Source: Thermotogota bacterium (GTDB lineage Bacteria; Thermotogota; Thermotogae; MWEM01). Taken from it: a stretch of 64,000 nt of DNA. A model generated the notes under the pieces. It worked only from the letters and a program-made list of their open reading frames with translations, ran no database searches and had not been told where the DNA came from. The stretch covers positions 32,808-96,807 of the forward strand of contig DAOPKN010000001.1 in the NCBI GenBank assembly GCA_035391225.1, written 5' to 3'. How positions within the stretch are numbered: the first letter of the stretch is position 1; each line of letters starts with the position of its first letter. The translations under genes were made by a program, and so were the position numbers. Below, piece after piece: positions 1 through 8,710 of this stretch.

Positions 1-2861
1 TGGTCGAAGAGAGGAACGCCCTGAGGAACAACGCCCTTTTTTTCCAGCGCTTCTTGGATGAGGAACAACGAACGCTGGACTTTGATTTTCTCTGCGAGGA
101 ACTCAAGCAGATTTGTGGTGCCAAGTACGTTGCCTTCAACCTTTTTGAACCCGATGCCAAACATTTTCGTACCCTGGGGCTGGCGGGACTCCCAGAGCAC
201 ATCGAAAAAGCGGCTTCTTTCCTTGGTTTCGAGTTACGTGGGAAACGTTGGGACCCTGACCAGGTTCGAGAGGAAAAAACCGCGGGAAGAATCATCACCC
301 TCTTTCCTCGTTTGCACGAACTTTCGGGCCAAACGCTCTCACCTACGCTGGTAAAAATGATGGAAATGGTTTTCAGCGTGGGGCAAACAGCGGTGATTCG
401 TATTGAACGTGATGGAGAAATCCTGGGAGATTTTACCGCCATCATGGCTGGAGGCAAACCGCTGGAAAACCCCGAGATGGTGGAGATCTTTGCTCGCCAG
501 GTGGGACTGTTGCTTTCCCGCCGGTTGGCAGAAATGGCGCAGTTCGAAAGCGAGAGCAAGTTTCGGCACTTGTTCGATGCGAACCCCGCCCTTCTGGCGC
601 TCTCCGATTTGCCTTTCGGCGTTTTCCAGGACGTGAACCGGGCTTTCTTAGACAAGCTGGGTTTTTCCAGGGAAGAGGTTATTGGGATGACCCCCCACCA
701 ACTTGGGATACTGGTGGACCCGGAAGCAGTCAGCTTGGCAGAAAACCATTTGCTGCGTTTCGGGAAGCTCAACGGAACCGAGTTGCAAGTGCGCACGAAG
801 GAAGGTGAGGTGCTGACCGGGCTTTTCTCCGGGGAAAAGATCGACACCGTTGGCGAACCCTGCTACCTCACCCTGCTCACCGATATCACACCGTTGAAGA
901 AAGCAGAAAGGGCAGCTCGAAAAGCGAGCCTGGCAAAATCGGAGTTCCTTGCGGCGATGTCCCACGAGATCCGAACCCCGCTGAGCGGAGTGATCGGTTT
1001 TTGCGAGTTGATGATGTCGTCCTCGCTGGATGGTATGCAAAAGCGCTACATGGAGAATATCCAGGTTTCTGCTCACGCGCTGATGGAACTCATCAACGAT
1101 ATCCTTGATTTTTCCAAGATCGAGGCGGGAAAGCTGGAACTGGAAATCCGCCGGGTGAACTTGCACGAATTGCTTTCGCACTGCATGGACGTAGTGAAGC
1201 TGGGAGCAAGGGAAAAGGGGTTGGAATTGCTGCTGGATATTCCTCCCGACGTTCCGGAAACGGTTATGGTGGATGGGACACGTTTGCGCCAGGTGCTGAC
1301 CAACTTGCTTGGGAATGCCGTGAAGTTCACCGATTCCGGGGAGATTTCGTTGTCCGTATCCTTCGATCCCACCCCGAGGCGAGGGGGAATGCGGAGGTTT
1401 TCCTTTTTCGTGCAGGATACCGGAATTGGGATATCAGAGGAAAAGCGCAAGATGTTGTTCCAGGCATTCTCGCAGGGTGATCCATCGATTGCCCGTTCGC
1501 ACGGTGGAACGGGGCTTGGGCTGGTTATTTCCAACCAGCTGTTGCAGATGATGCGAAGTTCGTTGCAACTGGAGAGCCTTCAGGGAGCCGGTAGCACCTT
1601 TTCGTTCTCGCTGGAACTGGATACCCCCTCCCAACAGCCAAGTTTCCCCCGGTTCCCGGAGCTGTTTAAGGCCATGGTGGTGGACGATAGCCAGAAAAAT
1701 CGGGGAATAATGGAAAAGTTGCTCCGCGCCATGCGGATAGAAACTGTGGTAGCGGCGAATGCTTCGGAGGGATTGCGGATCCTTTCGCACGAGCCGGATG
1801 TGCGTGTTCTATTTTTGGACTTGTCTCTGCCTGGAGAGAATGCTCGGGAAACGTTGCGTAAGTTGAGTGGGGAAAGCCCATTCCTGGAAAGCGGCGGGGT
1901 CCTTGTTTTGATGGGGAACCCTGGGGATATGATTCCGCGGGTTTCTTTCCCCGATACGGGTGTTTCCCCAGTTTTCCTCGAGAAACCCGTGCACCGGGAA
2001 AACCTGCTCCGCACTCTACAGGGGTTGGTTTACAAAGGAAGTGAAACAAAAGCACCGCAACCAGGTCTCGCGAGCGGTGAGCCTCTTGCGGAGGTTTCTG
2101 GCACTATCCAAGTGGTGGAGGACCATCCGGTGAACCGGATGTTGATCCGCGAGCTCCTGGTAAAAACCCTTCCCGGGGTGGAAGTCGTGGAATCCATGGA
2201 TGGGGAAGTAGCGCTTTCGCATTTCCAAAAGTACAACCCCGACCTCGTTTTCATGGATATCCAGCTTCCCGTAAAAGACGGGTACCAGGTTTGCCGGGAG
2301 ATACGCCAAAGCGAAAAAGGCCGTGGGAAACATGTACCCATCATTGCCCTGACTGCCAGTGCCATCCAGGGCGAGGAAAAGCGATGCAGGGAGGCAGGGA
2401 TGGACGGTTTCCTTTCCAAGCCACTCCTGCAGCATCCGCTGGCGGAGGTGTTGACAACGTTTTTCCCGATTCGGCCGCCCAGACCCGCGCCCTCGCGGGA
2501 ATCCCTTCGGGGAAACCCGAAACGCCACTTCGATCCCCTGACCCTTTCTGAGCGCATGGGTTTTTCCGGTGAAGAGATGGTTCGGCTGGTCACCGAGGTG
2601 CAAGAACACCTGGAAAAGCACAAGAACAAGCTGGCTCTTTCCGTTGGGAAAAAGGACTGGCAAGGATTTCGAAAAGACGTGCACTCCTTGAAAGGTCTTG
2701 GTCTTGCCATGTGCTTCCAAGAACTTGTGGGAATCACGTTGGACATTGAAAAACAGCAGGAACTCCCACCCCCAGGCAAATTGGATTCCTTTTTCCTGCA
2801 AATCACACGGGAGATCCAGGAACTTTCCGTGGAGTTGCAACGATTCTTGGAAACGAGTTGA
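1..2861 (+). CDS. Hybrid sensor histidine kinase, 5'-partial (PAS - HisKA - HATPase_c - two receiver domains - C-terminal Hpt)
   Basis: The reading frame is open to position 1 with no in-frame stop upstream of the TTG at 54, so the gene probably continues beyond the window edge. H-box 'MSHEIRTPLSGVIGF', G-boxes 'DTGIGI' and 'GGTGLGL', a receiver with 'VFMDIQLPVKDG', and an Hpt-like 'HSLKGLGLAMCFQEL'. Confidence 0.85.
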   Translation, partial: VEERNALRNNALFFQRFLDEEQRTLDFDFLCEELKQICGAKYVAFNLFEPDAKHFRTLGLAGLPEHIEKAASFLGFELRGKRWDPDQVREEKTAGRIITLFPRLHELSGQTLSPTLVKMMEMVFSVGQTAVIRIERDGEILGDFTAIMAGGKPLENPEMVEIFARQVGLLLSRRLAEMAQFESESKFRHLFDANPALLALSDLPFGVFQDVNRAFLDKLGFSREEVIGMTPHQLGILVDPEAVSLAENHLLRFGKLNGTELQVRTKEGEVLTGLFSGEKIDTVGEPCYLTLLTDITPLKKAERAARKASLAKSEFLAAMSHEIRTPLSGVIGFCELMMSSSLDGMQKRYMENIQVSAHALMELINDILDFSKIEAGKLELEIRRVNLHELLSHCMDVVKLGAREKGLELLLDIPPDVPETVMVDGTRLRQVLTNLLGNAVKFTDSGEISLSVSFDPTPRRGGMRRFSFFVQDTGIGISEEKRKMLFQAFSQGDPSIARSHGGTGLGLVISNQLLQMMRSSLQLESLQGAGSTFSFSLELDTPSQQPSFPRFPELFKAMVVDDSQKNRGIMEKLLRAMRIETVVAANASEGLRILSHEPDVRVLFLDLSLPGENARETLRKLSGESPFLESGGVLVLMGNPGDMIPRVSFPDTGVSPVFLEKPVHRENLLRTLQGLVYKGSETKAPQPGLASGEPLAEVSGTIQVVEDHPVNRMLIRELLVKTLPGVEVVESMDGEVALSHFQKYNPDLVFMDIQLPVKDGYQVCREIRQSEKGRGKHVPIIALTASAIQGEEKRCREAGMDGFLSKPLLQHPLAEVLTTFFPIRPPRPAPSRESLRGNPKRHFDPLTLSERMGFSGEEMVRLVTEVQEHLEKHKNKLALSVGKKDWQGFRKDVHSLKGLGLAMCFQELVGITLDIEKQQELPPPGKLDSFFLQITREIQELSVELQRFLETS

Positions 2862-2871
2862 GATTTCCCCT

Positions 2872-3375
2872 TCAACAATTTTCCAGGAAACGCGCCAAGA
2901 CATCGAAGGAAACGGTGTTTTGGATGCGTTCCACGAACGGGATGTTTTCGGGAGTACCGCTGGCCAGCGCGCCCCGGAGAATGATGGGGAAGAATCCCAG
3001 GTCCGTGGCAGCCATGATGCTTGCCAACACGCAATGTTCCGCGCTGAAACCAGTGATGATCAAGGTGTCGACTTCTCGCTGGTGAAGGATTTGGGCAAGC
3101 GGGGTCTCCAGGAACATGCTCCCGGTTTTCTTGACGATCCGAACGTCTTCGGGGAGGGTTTGGAAAAAATTCGGCAATGCAAAACCCCGTGTTTCTTCCT
3201 CGGATTCGTTTTCGCGGATCTCGTGTTGCACCCAGAACACCGGTAGGCCCCTATTTCGAAACAACTGGAGTGCTCCTTGGATATAGGGAACCGCCGCTTC
3301 CAAGGATTTCCGCGTGGTTTCCCCCATTTCAAAAAAACGATTTTGCACATCCAAAACGAATAGTCCAGGTTTCAC
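2872..3375 (-). CDS. Isochorismatase-family (cysteine) hydrolase
   Basis: 'KPGLFVLDVQNRFF...' N-terminus typical of the isochorismatase/nicotinamidase fold. Start moved to the GTG at 3375 because an AAGGAGG ribosome-binding site sits 7 nt upstream. The ORF track's 3405 start has no such site. Confidence 0.65.
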   Translation of the reverse strand: MKPGLFVLDVQNRFFEMGETTRKSLEAAVPYIQGALQLFRNRGLPVFWVQHEIRENESEEETRGFALPNFFQTLPEDVRIVKKTGSMFLETPLAQILHQREVDTLIITGFSAEHCVLASIMAATDLGFFPIILRGALASGTPENIPFVERIQNTVSFDVLARFLENC

Positions 3376-3401
3376 GCTTTCTCCTCCTTTTTTCGGGTCA
3401 T

Positions 3402-5645
3402 TCAAAAATGGAACTGGTCCAGGTTTTCCTTGAGCAAGCGGGAGAGCTCCAAGAGTTTTCGAGTGGTGGGATCCAGTTCTTTCACGCTTTGCGCGTTGTT
3501 CTCCACCTCGCTTGATAACTCCGCGATCTTTGCCTGCAGGGAATGGAACTGGGAGCCCATGCGATCGGAGTTTCCCGATAGCATTTCCACTAACCGTGAT
3601 TGCTCCTGGAAATCTTCCAGCACTTCTTTCACGGATTGGTTTACCTGTTCAAACGAAAGACTGATCTTCTGCATGGTTCCGGGGATCTTGTCGATCTGTT
3701 CCACCACTTGGTTCAGCTTGCCCAGGCTCATCCCCGAATCTTGCAACACCTCTTCCACGAGACCCGATACCACCCCCAGGTTTTGGAACGCCTCATGTGC
3801 CGTCCTGGCGGATTCGTCGGCTAACTTCCGGATTTCATCGCTTACCACCGCGAACCCCTTCCCTGCCTGGCCAGCGCGAGCGGCTTCAATAGCTGCATTA
3901 AGCGCTAATAGGTTGGTTTGTTCTGCTATGGACTGGATCTGTTGGATGAAGGCGTTGGTTTCCTCGGTAAAGCGGGTGAAGCTCTCTACCCTTTGGATGC
4001 TTTGCCCCACCATTTTCCCGATTTTGGCCAGTTTCTGGGTAGTTTCCCGGATGCTTTCCCCTTCGCCCTCCACTAACAAAAGGGTTTTCTCCGATTCCGA
4101 AACCGAGTCAAGTACCTGGGATGCCACTTGCGCGTTGTGATTCGCGAGGTTCGCCAACTGGTCGTGCGTTTGTTGCAATCCCTCAGCAGCCTGGGAAAGC
4201 TGTTGCTGGATGCCCCCCATTTCCCGGGAAACGGTTTGGGAACTTTTCCCCGTAAAATCGATGGATTTCCGGATCTCGCTCGATTCGACGTTCATGACGG
4301 AGGCTGCCTGGTTCGTGTTTTGCAGGGTGTTTCGAATTTTCGCTAACACTTGGTCCAGTATGCTTTCCACCCGGGAGATTTCATCTCCCCTTCCCTTTTT
4401 TCGGCGAAACTGAACACCAAGGTCCAAGTTTCCGAGTTTCCGGGTGTTTTCGATCAGGCGTAGCAGGGGGCGACGAATCGAAGTACGGACGATGATCCAA
4501 ACCCCGAGGCTTCCCAACAACGTCATCAACAAGAAAAGCGAGATTTGCCAACGGGAGCTTCCCAACCGGGAAGTGATTTCGCTGGACTTGGACACGGATC
4601 GGTCGAAAACTTCTCGGAAATCTCTTTCCGCGGAAGACAATGCGGGGTCAAGGATTCCGTACAGGCTGGAAACCGTGTTCTTGATGTCCTGGTTGATCAG
4701 ATGGAAGGCCTGCTGGCGAAGTTCTTCCCTTTTGGCAATGTAGTCATCGATCGTTTCGTTGGCAGTGACAACGTCAAGGTTGCGGCTCTCGATGTCCATC
4801 ATGGCGAGCAGCATCTGGGAAACGTGGGATTGGTACACGCTGAGGCTTTCCGAAAGCAGTGCCACTTCGTTTTCGGAAAAAGCCGCATCCGATTGGATTT
4901 GCTTGATCAATGCCCTGGCAATGGTCCGAACCTGCCTTTTCACGCTGAGTCCCAATTCGGGGTTCGCGAGCAACGACCGGGAAAGGAACTGGAGTTGCAG
5001 GAAGGAAGGGTTGGATGCAATGGCGGGAAAGATCTCCTGGTCCCATAGCCGCTCCAGCTCATAAAGAGAGAGCTCGCCGATGGAAAGGTTCTCGATCGCC
5101 TCTCCCTGTATGAAGGCGGAAAGCTTCTGTTGGACTCGGGATTCATCCATATCTTGGAAGGAGAGAAGGTTGTCTCGAAGCTGCTGGATTTCCTGGTTTT
5201 TTTGGTCCACGATGTTCTCCCGGTAGTCGGAAACCATCTGGTCGTGGTACAATTCATTGGCTTTCAGATCAAACACCTGGTTCACCGTTTTTTCCAAGGA
5301 TGCCAGTTGACTGTCCAACGCTTCTTTCTGCGCCAGTTCGGGAACTTGCGTTTTCGCTTGCTGGAAAAGAGTTTGGAAGTTTTTCCGCGTGGTCTCCATC
5401 TCGGAGGAGGTTCCTACGTATCCCAGTAGTAGAACGTCCTGGAGCATTTCCGAAAGGTGGTTCTTGAACGCACTCACGTGCTGGTACCCGTCGAAGCTTG
5501 TGGCGGAAACACCCAGGTTGGAACGGATTTGGCCGCCGAACGATTCCAACTGGGAAAAGGAAGAGTTGGCAAGGAAAAACACGACCGCAAGGAACAGGAA
5601 GATCAAGACAAACCCGGAAAATACCTTCGTGGTGATTTTCACCAT
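3402..5645 (-). CDS. Methyl-accepting chemotaxis protein (N-terminal TM, large sensing region, HAMP, MA signalling domain)
   Basis: Highly conserved MCP signalling hairpin 'NLLALNAAIEAARAGQAGKGFAVVSDEIRKLA'. Start chosen at ATG 5645 (GGGGGA 5 nt upstream), giving 'MVKITTKVFSGFVLIFLFL' (basic residues then a TM helix). The alternative GTG at 5678 is possible. Confidence 0.85.
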   Translation of the reverse strand: MVKITTKVFSGFVLIFLFLAVVFFLANSSFSQLESFGGQIRSNLGVSATSFDGYQHVSAFKNHLSEMLQDVLLLGYVGTSSEMETTRKNFQTLFQQAKTQVPELAQKEALDSQLASLEKTVNQVFDLKANELYHDQMVSDYRENIVDQKNQEIQQLRDNLLSFQDMDESRVQQKLSAFIQGEAIENLSIGELSLYELERLWDQEIFPAIASNPSFLQLQFLSRSLLANPELGLSVKRQVRTIARALIKQIQSDAAFSENEVALLSESLSVYQSHVSQMLLAMMDIESRNLDVVTANETIDDYIAKREELRQQAFHLINQDIKNTVSSLYGILDPALSSAERDFREVFDRSVSKSSEITSRLGSSRWQISLFLLMTLLGSLGVWIIVRTSIRRPLLRLIENTRKLGNLDLGVQFRRKKGRGDEISRVESILDQVLAKIRNTLQNTNQAASVMNVESSEIRKSIDFTGKSSQTVSREMGGIQQQLSQAAEGLQQTHDQLANLANHNAQVASQVLDSVSESEKTLLLVEGEGESIRETTQKLAKIGKMVGQSIQRVESFTRFTEETNAFIQQIQSIAEQTNLLALNAAIEAARAGQAGKGFAVVSDEIRKLADESARTAHEAFQNLGVVSGLVEEVLQDSGMSLGKLNQVVEQIDKIPGTMQKISLSFEQVNQSVKEVLEDFQEQSRLVEMLSGNSDRMGSQFHSLQAKIAELSSEVENNAQSVKELDPTTRKLLELSRLLKENLDQFHF

Positions 5646-5778
5646 GTATTCCCCCGTTTCTGGTTTGGGATACTTCACTTTAACAAATTTCTTGGCGGAT
5701 TTCCAGTTTCGCCAGGTTTCTTTTCTATTTCTTGAGGAAAAATTTTTTTACCGGTAAATCCCAAAGGAGGTTTTTTCA

Positions 5779-6147
5779 TTGCACTTCTTCATTCGAGAGG
5801 ATTCCAAAAGCAAGTTCTTGGAAACGGACCCTACTTCCGGATGGCAGGTGGGGATCGAGGAACTGTTGGACCTCATGGTTTTGCACGGAGATCGAAACCT
5901 GGATTTCCTGGTGTTTCACCCGGAAAACCTGGATAGTGGTTTCTTCGACCTGAAAACAGGAATCGCGGGGGAATTCTTGCAAAAAATGATCAATTACAGG
6001 GTCCCAGGGGTGTTCCTGGTTCCTTTGGAAAAGATGCGAGGGAAATTCCTACAAATGGCGAGTGAAGCCAACAGTTCCAAGCATTTCCGTTTCCTTCCAA
6101 AGGAGGAGAACACACCCCTTTCCACAGGCTTCTCCCCCTTCGAGTGA
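5779..6147 (+). CDS. Small DUF4180-like protein (hypothetical)
   Basis: TTG start with a perfect AAAGGAGG site 8 nt upstream. The motif 'FFDLKTGIAGEFLQKMINYRV' resembles the conserved core of DUF4180 proteins, recalled from memory only. Confidence 0.45.
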   Translation: MHFFIREDSKSKFLETDPTSGWQVGIEELLDLMVLHGDRNLDFLVFHPENLDSGFFDLKTGIAGEFLQKMINYRVPGVFLVPLEKMRGKFLQMASEANSSKHFRFLPKEENTPLSTGFSPFE

Positions 6148-6170
6148 ACCCAGGGGGAAATGACCCGGAG

Positions 6171-8555
6171 CTATTCTTTTCCCCGCGGTTGCTCTCGGGG
6201 GGGGAAAGGGGATACGGGGAAGAGGCTTTCCAGGATTTCGAACAACTCCAAAGGCTCCACCGGCTTGGCGATGTACGCGTCCATTCCTGCGCTTAGCGCG
6301 CGCTCCCTGTCACTCCTAAGGGCGTAAGCCGTCACCGCGATGATGGGAAGGTGTGTTTTGCTTCCCGTAGCTTTTTCGCGTTCTCGGATCTTTTCTGCGG
6401 CCTGGAAGCCATCCATGCGTGGCATTTGGCAATCCATGAAAACCACGTCCACGTTTTTTTGCTGCAAGATCTCCAGGGCTTCTTTCCCGTTTTCGGCGAT
6501 GAAGCACTCGAACCCACGCGTTTGGAGGAGCGTTTGAAGGAAGCGGGCACTCACTACATCGTCCTCCACGATGAGTCCCCGGATAACTCCCGGTTCACCT
6601 GGAATGCGTGCAAACCGAAACCCGGCTTCGAAAGAAGCAAGGTTTCGTTGTTGCGGGTTTTCTTCATCCCACACGGAAAAAGGAAGGTCAAAGAAAAAGC
6701 GGCTTCCCTTGCCCTCCTCGCTTTCTACGTGAAGTTTTCCCCCCATCAACCGGACCAATTTCTCCGCGATGGCCAAACCCAGTCCCGATCCCCCGTATTT
6801 TCGCGTCAGGTTGTCGTCAACCTGAACGAAGGGCTGGAAAATGGCCTCTTGCATTTCACTTGGAATTCCGATTCCAGTGTCCGATACCTCGAAACGAAGC
6901 CATTGTTTCCGTGAAGGTGGATCCAAAAGGCTGGGGGTTCCCAATGGTTGAACACCAAGAACCACCGTTCCAGATGGGGAAAACTTCAGGGCGTTGGAAA
7001 GCAGGTTTCCCAGAACCTGTTGGATCTTGGAGGGGTCCCCCAGTAAGGCGGGGGGAATCCACTCTTCCATCTGCATGTGCAGCTGGAGTTTTTTGCTCTG
7101 CGCCTGCTGTTGAAAGGAATTCAAACACTGGCGCCCCAACTCCAAGGGATGAAAGGGGAGGTTTTCCAGTTCCATTTTGCCCGCCTCGATCCGAGAGATA
7201 TCCAACAAACGATCGATTAATTCCAGCAGCGTCCGGGCGGAAAAGCGGATCGACGACAGGAATTCCTTCTGTTCCGGAGTCACGGGGGTGCTCTCCAACA
7301 GGCTCAAGTAGCCGAAAACACCGTTCATGGGCGTGCGAAGCTCGTGGGACATGTTTGCCAGGAAAGCTGTTTTGGCTCGGCTCGCAGACTCGGCTTCTTC
7401 CAGGGCTTCTTTCAGTTCCCTTTCCATTTTCCTTGCCTTGCTGACATCACGGAAGAAGTTCACGCTTACCTCTGGAGAAAGACGAACACTTTCGAAATCG
7501 AACAGCTTGGTTTGGCCATCCTTGCTGGAAAACGAGACCTCTCCCCTGCAATTGCCCTTTTCGGCGTACTCCATCATCAAGTCGCGCATCGTGGAGAGCG
7601 ATTCTGGGCCCACGAGTTCCAGGAAGTTTCGCTGCAATACCTCTTCCTGCGTGTATCCAGTGAGGAAACAACCAGCTGGGTTGATGTCGAGAACCGTTCC
7701 TTCTTCGTTCGTGACGGCGATGCCGAAAGGGGCCTTTTCCAGGTAGAAATGTAGTTTCTTTTGCGTGTCCTGTGCTTCTTCCAGCGCAGACAGCGATTCC
7801 GTCCTGTCTAGAACGTAACCCCTGATGTGAAGGGGGGTGCCGGAAAGATCCCGTTCCACGATCGCCTTGATCAACACGTGACGCACTTGCTTGTTGGGCC
7901 GGATGATGCGGAGCGTGACTTCTTTCTCGAGGGAGTCACAGTGTAGGGATGCTACGAGATGATCCCAGCGATCCCGATCTTGCGGGTGGACTAAGGTTCG
8001 GAAAAAACCGTAAGCGACCGAATCGCCTGTCACGGGAAGACCACAGATCCGGAACAACTCTTCCGACCAAGAAACTTGCCGTGTCTGCAAGTCGGCATCC
8101 CAGGTCCCCAGGTGGGCAAGTTGCTGGATCTTGGAGAATTCCATCCAAGATTTTTGCCGTTCGGGATTCGTGAGCCAAGGAGACAGCTTTTGGGCGGTGA
8201 TGTCCTGGTACACCGTGGTGAAAAAGCCATCCCCGCTGGAGATGACCCTTGTGGAAAACCACTTCTGCAGCCTGGGGGAAAAGGCCTCGCTTGCCTCTTC
8301 ACCCCCATTCCGAGCGACTTTTCCAAAGAGTGTGATCCATTCCTTCTCCCTTGGATGGGGGTGCGGGACCAGTTGGGAAAACCTCGTTCCCACGATTTGC
8401 TCCGGGGGTTTTCCCAGCATTTCTGCGAAGGCCGGGTTCACATCCAGGTACTCGAAATCCTCTGGTTCCCCGCTTGCATCAAGCAGAATGCGATGCAATG
8501 CAACTGCGCAGGGGACCTTTTTCCATATGTTGGAAGTATCCGGGGTTTTGGCCAT
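6171..8555 (-). CDS. Hybrid sensor histidine kinase (multiple PAS/PAC - HisKA - HATPase_c - C-terminal receiver)
   Basis: H-box 'MSHELRTPMNGVFGY', 'DTGIGIP', 'GGSGLGL', C-terminal receiver 'VVFMDCQMPRMDG'. Start set at ATG 8555 (AAGGAG 9 nt upstream) rather than the ORF-track start at 8633. Confidence 0.85.
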   Translation of the reverse strand: MAKTPDTSNIWKKVPCAVALHRILLDASGEPEDFEYLDVNPAFAEMLGKPPEQIVGTRFSQLVPHPHPREKEWITLFGKVARNGGEEASEAFSPRLQKWFSTRVISSGDGFFTTVYQDITAQKLSPWLTNPERQKSWMEFSKIQQLAHLGTWDADLQTRQVSWSEELFRICGLPVTGDSVAYGFFRTLVHPQDRDRWDHLVASLHCDSLEKEVTLRIIRPNKQVRHVLIKAIVERDLSGTPLHIRGYVLDRTESLSALEEAQDTQKKLHFYLEKAPFGIAVTNEEGTVLDINPAGCFLTGYTQEEVLQRNFLELVGPESLSTMRDLMMEYAEKGNCRGEVSFSSKDGQTKLFDFESVRLSPEVSVNFFRDVSKARKMERELKEALEEAESASRAKTAFLANMSHELRTPMNGVFGYLSLLESTPVTPEQKEFLSSIRFSARTLLELIDRLLDISRIEAGKMELENLPFHPLELGRQCLNSFQQQAQSKKLQLHMQMEEWIPPALLGDPSKIQQVLGNLLSNALKFSPSGTVVLGVQPLGTPSLLDPPSRKQWLRFEVSDTGIGIPSEMQEAIFQPFVQVDDNLTRKYGGSGLGLAIAEKLVRLMGGKLHVESEEGKGSRFFFDLPFSVWDEENPQQRNLASFEAGFRFARIPGEPGVIRGLIVEDDVVSARFLQTLLQTRGFECFIAENGKEALEILQQKNVDVVFMDCQMPRMDGFQAAEKIREREKATGSKTHLPIIAVTAYALRSDRERALSAGMDAYIAKPVEPLELFEILESLFPVSPFPPREQPRGKE

Positions 8556-8710
8556 TTTACTGCTCCTTCCACTCGTTTGCGCGCGAAACGAAGGGGGCAA
8601 ATGTTCGTGGGATTCGTGCTGGAACTTGTTCATTTAAGCAAATTTCAGGTATAATTGTCAAGGGAAATCCCAGGTTTGCCATTTTTTCTGGGTGTGGAAG
8701 GGGGAAATTT

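Noticed and set aside
8351-8710. ORF-track N-terminal extension of the 1193-aa kinase (8351 onward) overlapping the divergent kinase gene
   Set aside because: The extension runs antisense to the well-supported 6171-8555 kinase, has no kinase-like features and has no ribosome-binding site. The GTG at 8711 has a GGGGGA site and is followed by the hydrophobic N-terminus expected for the membrane anchor.
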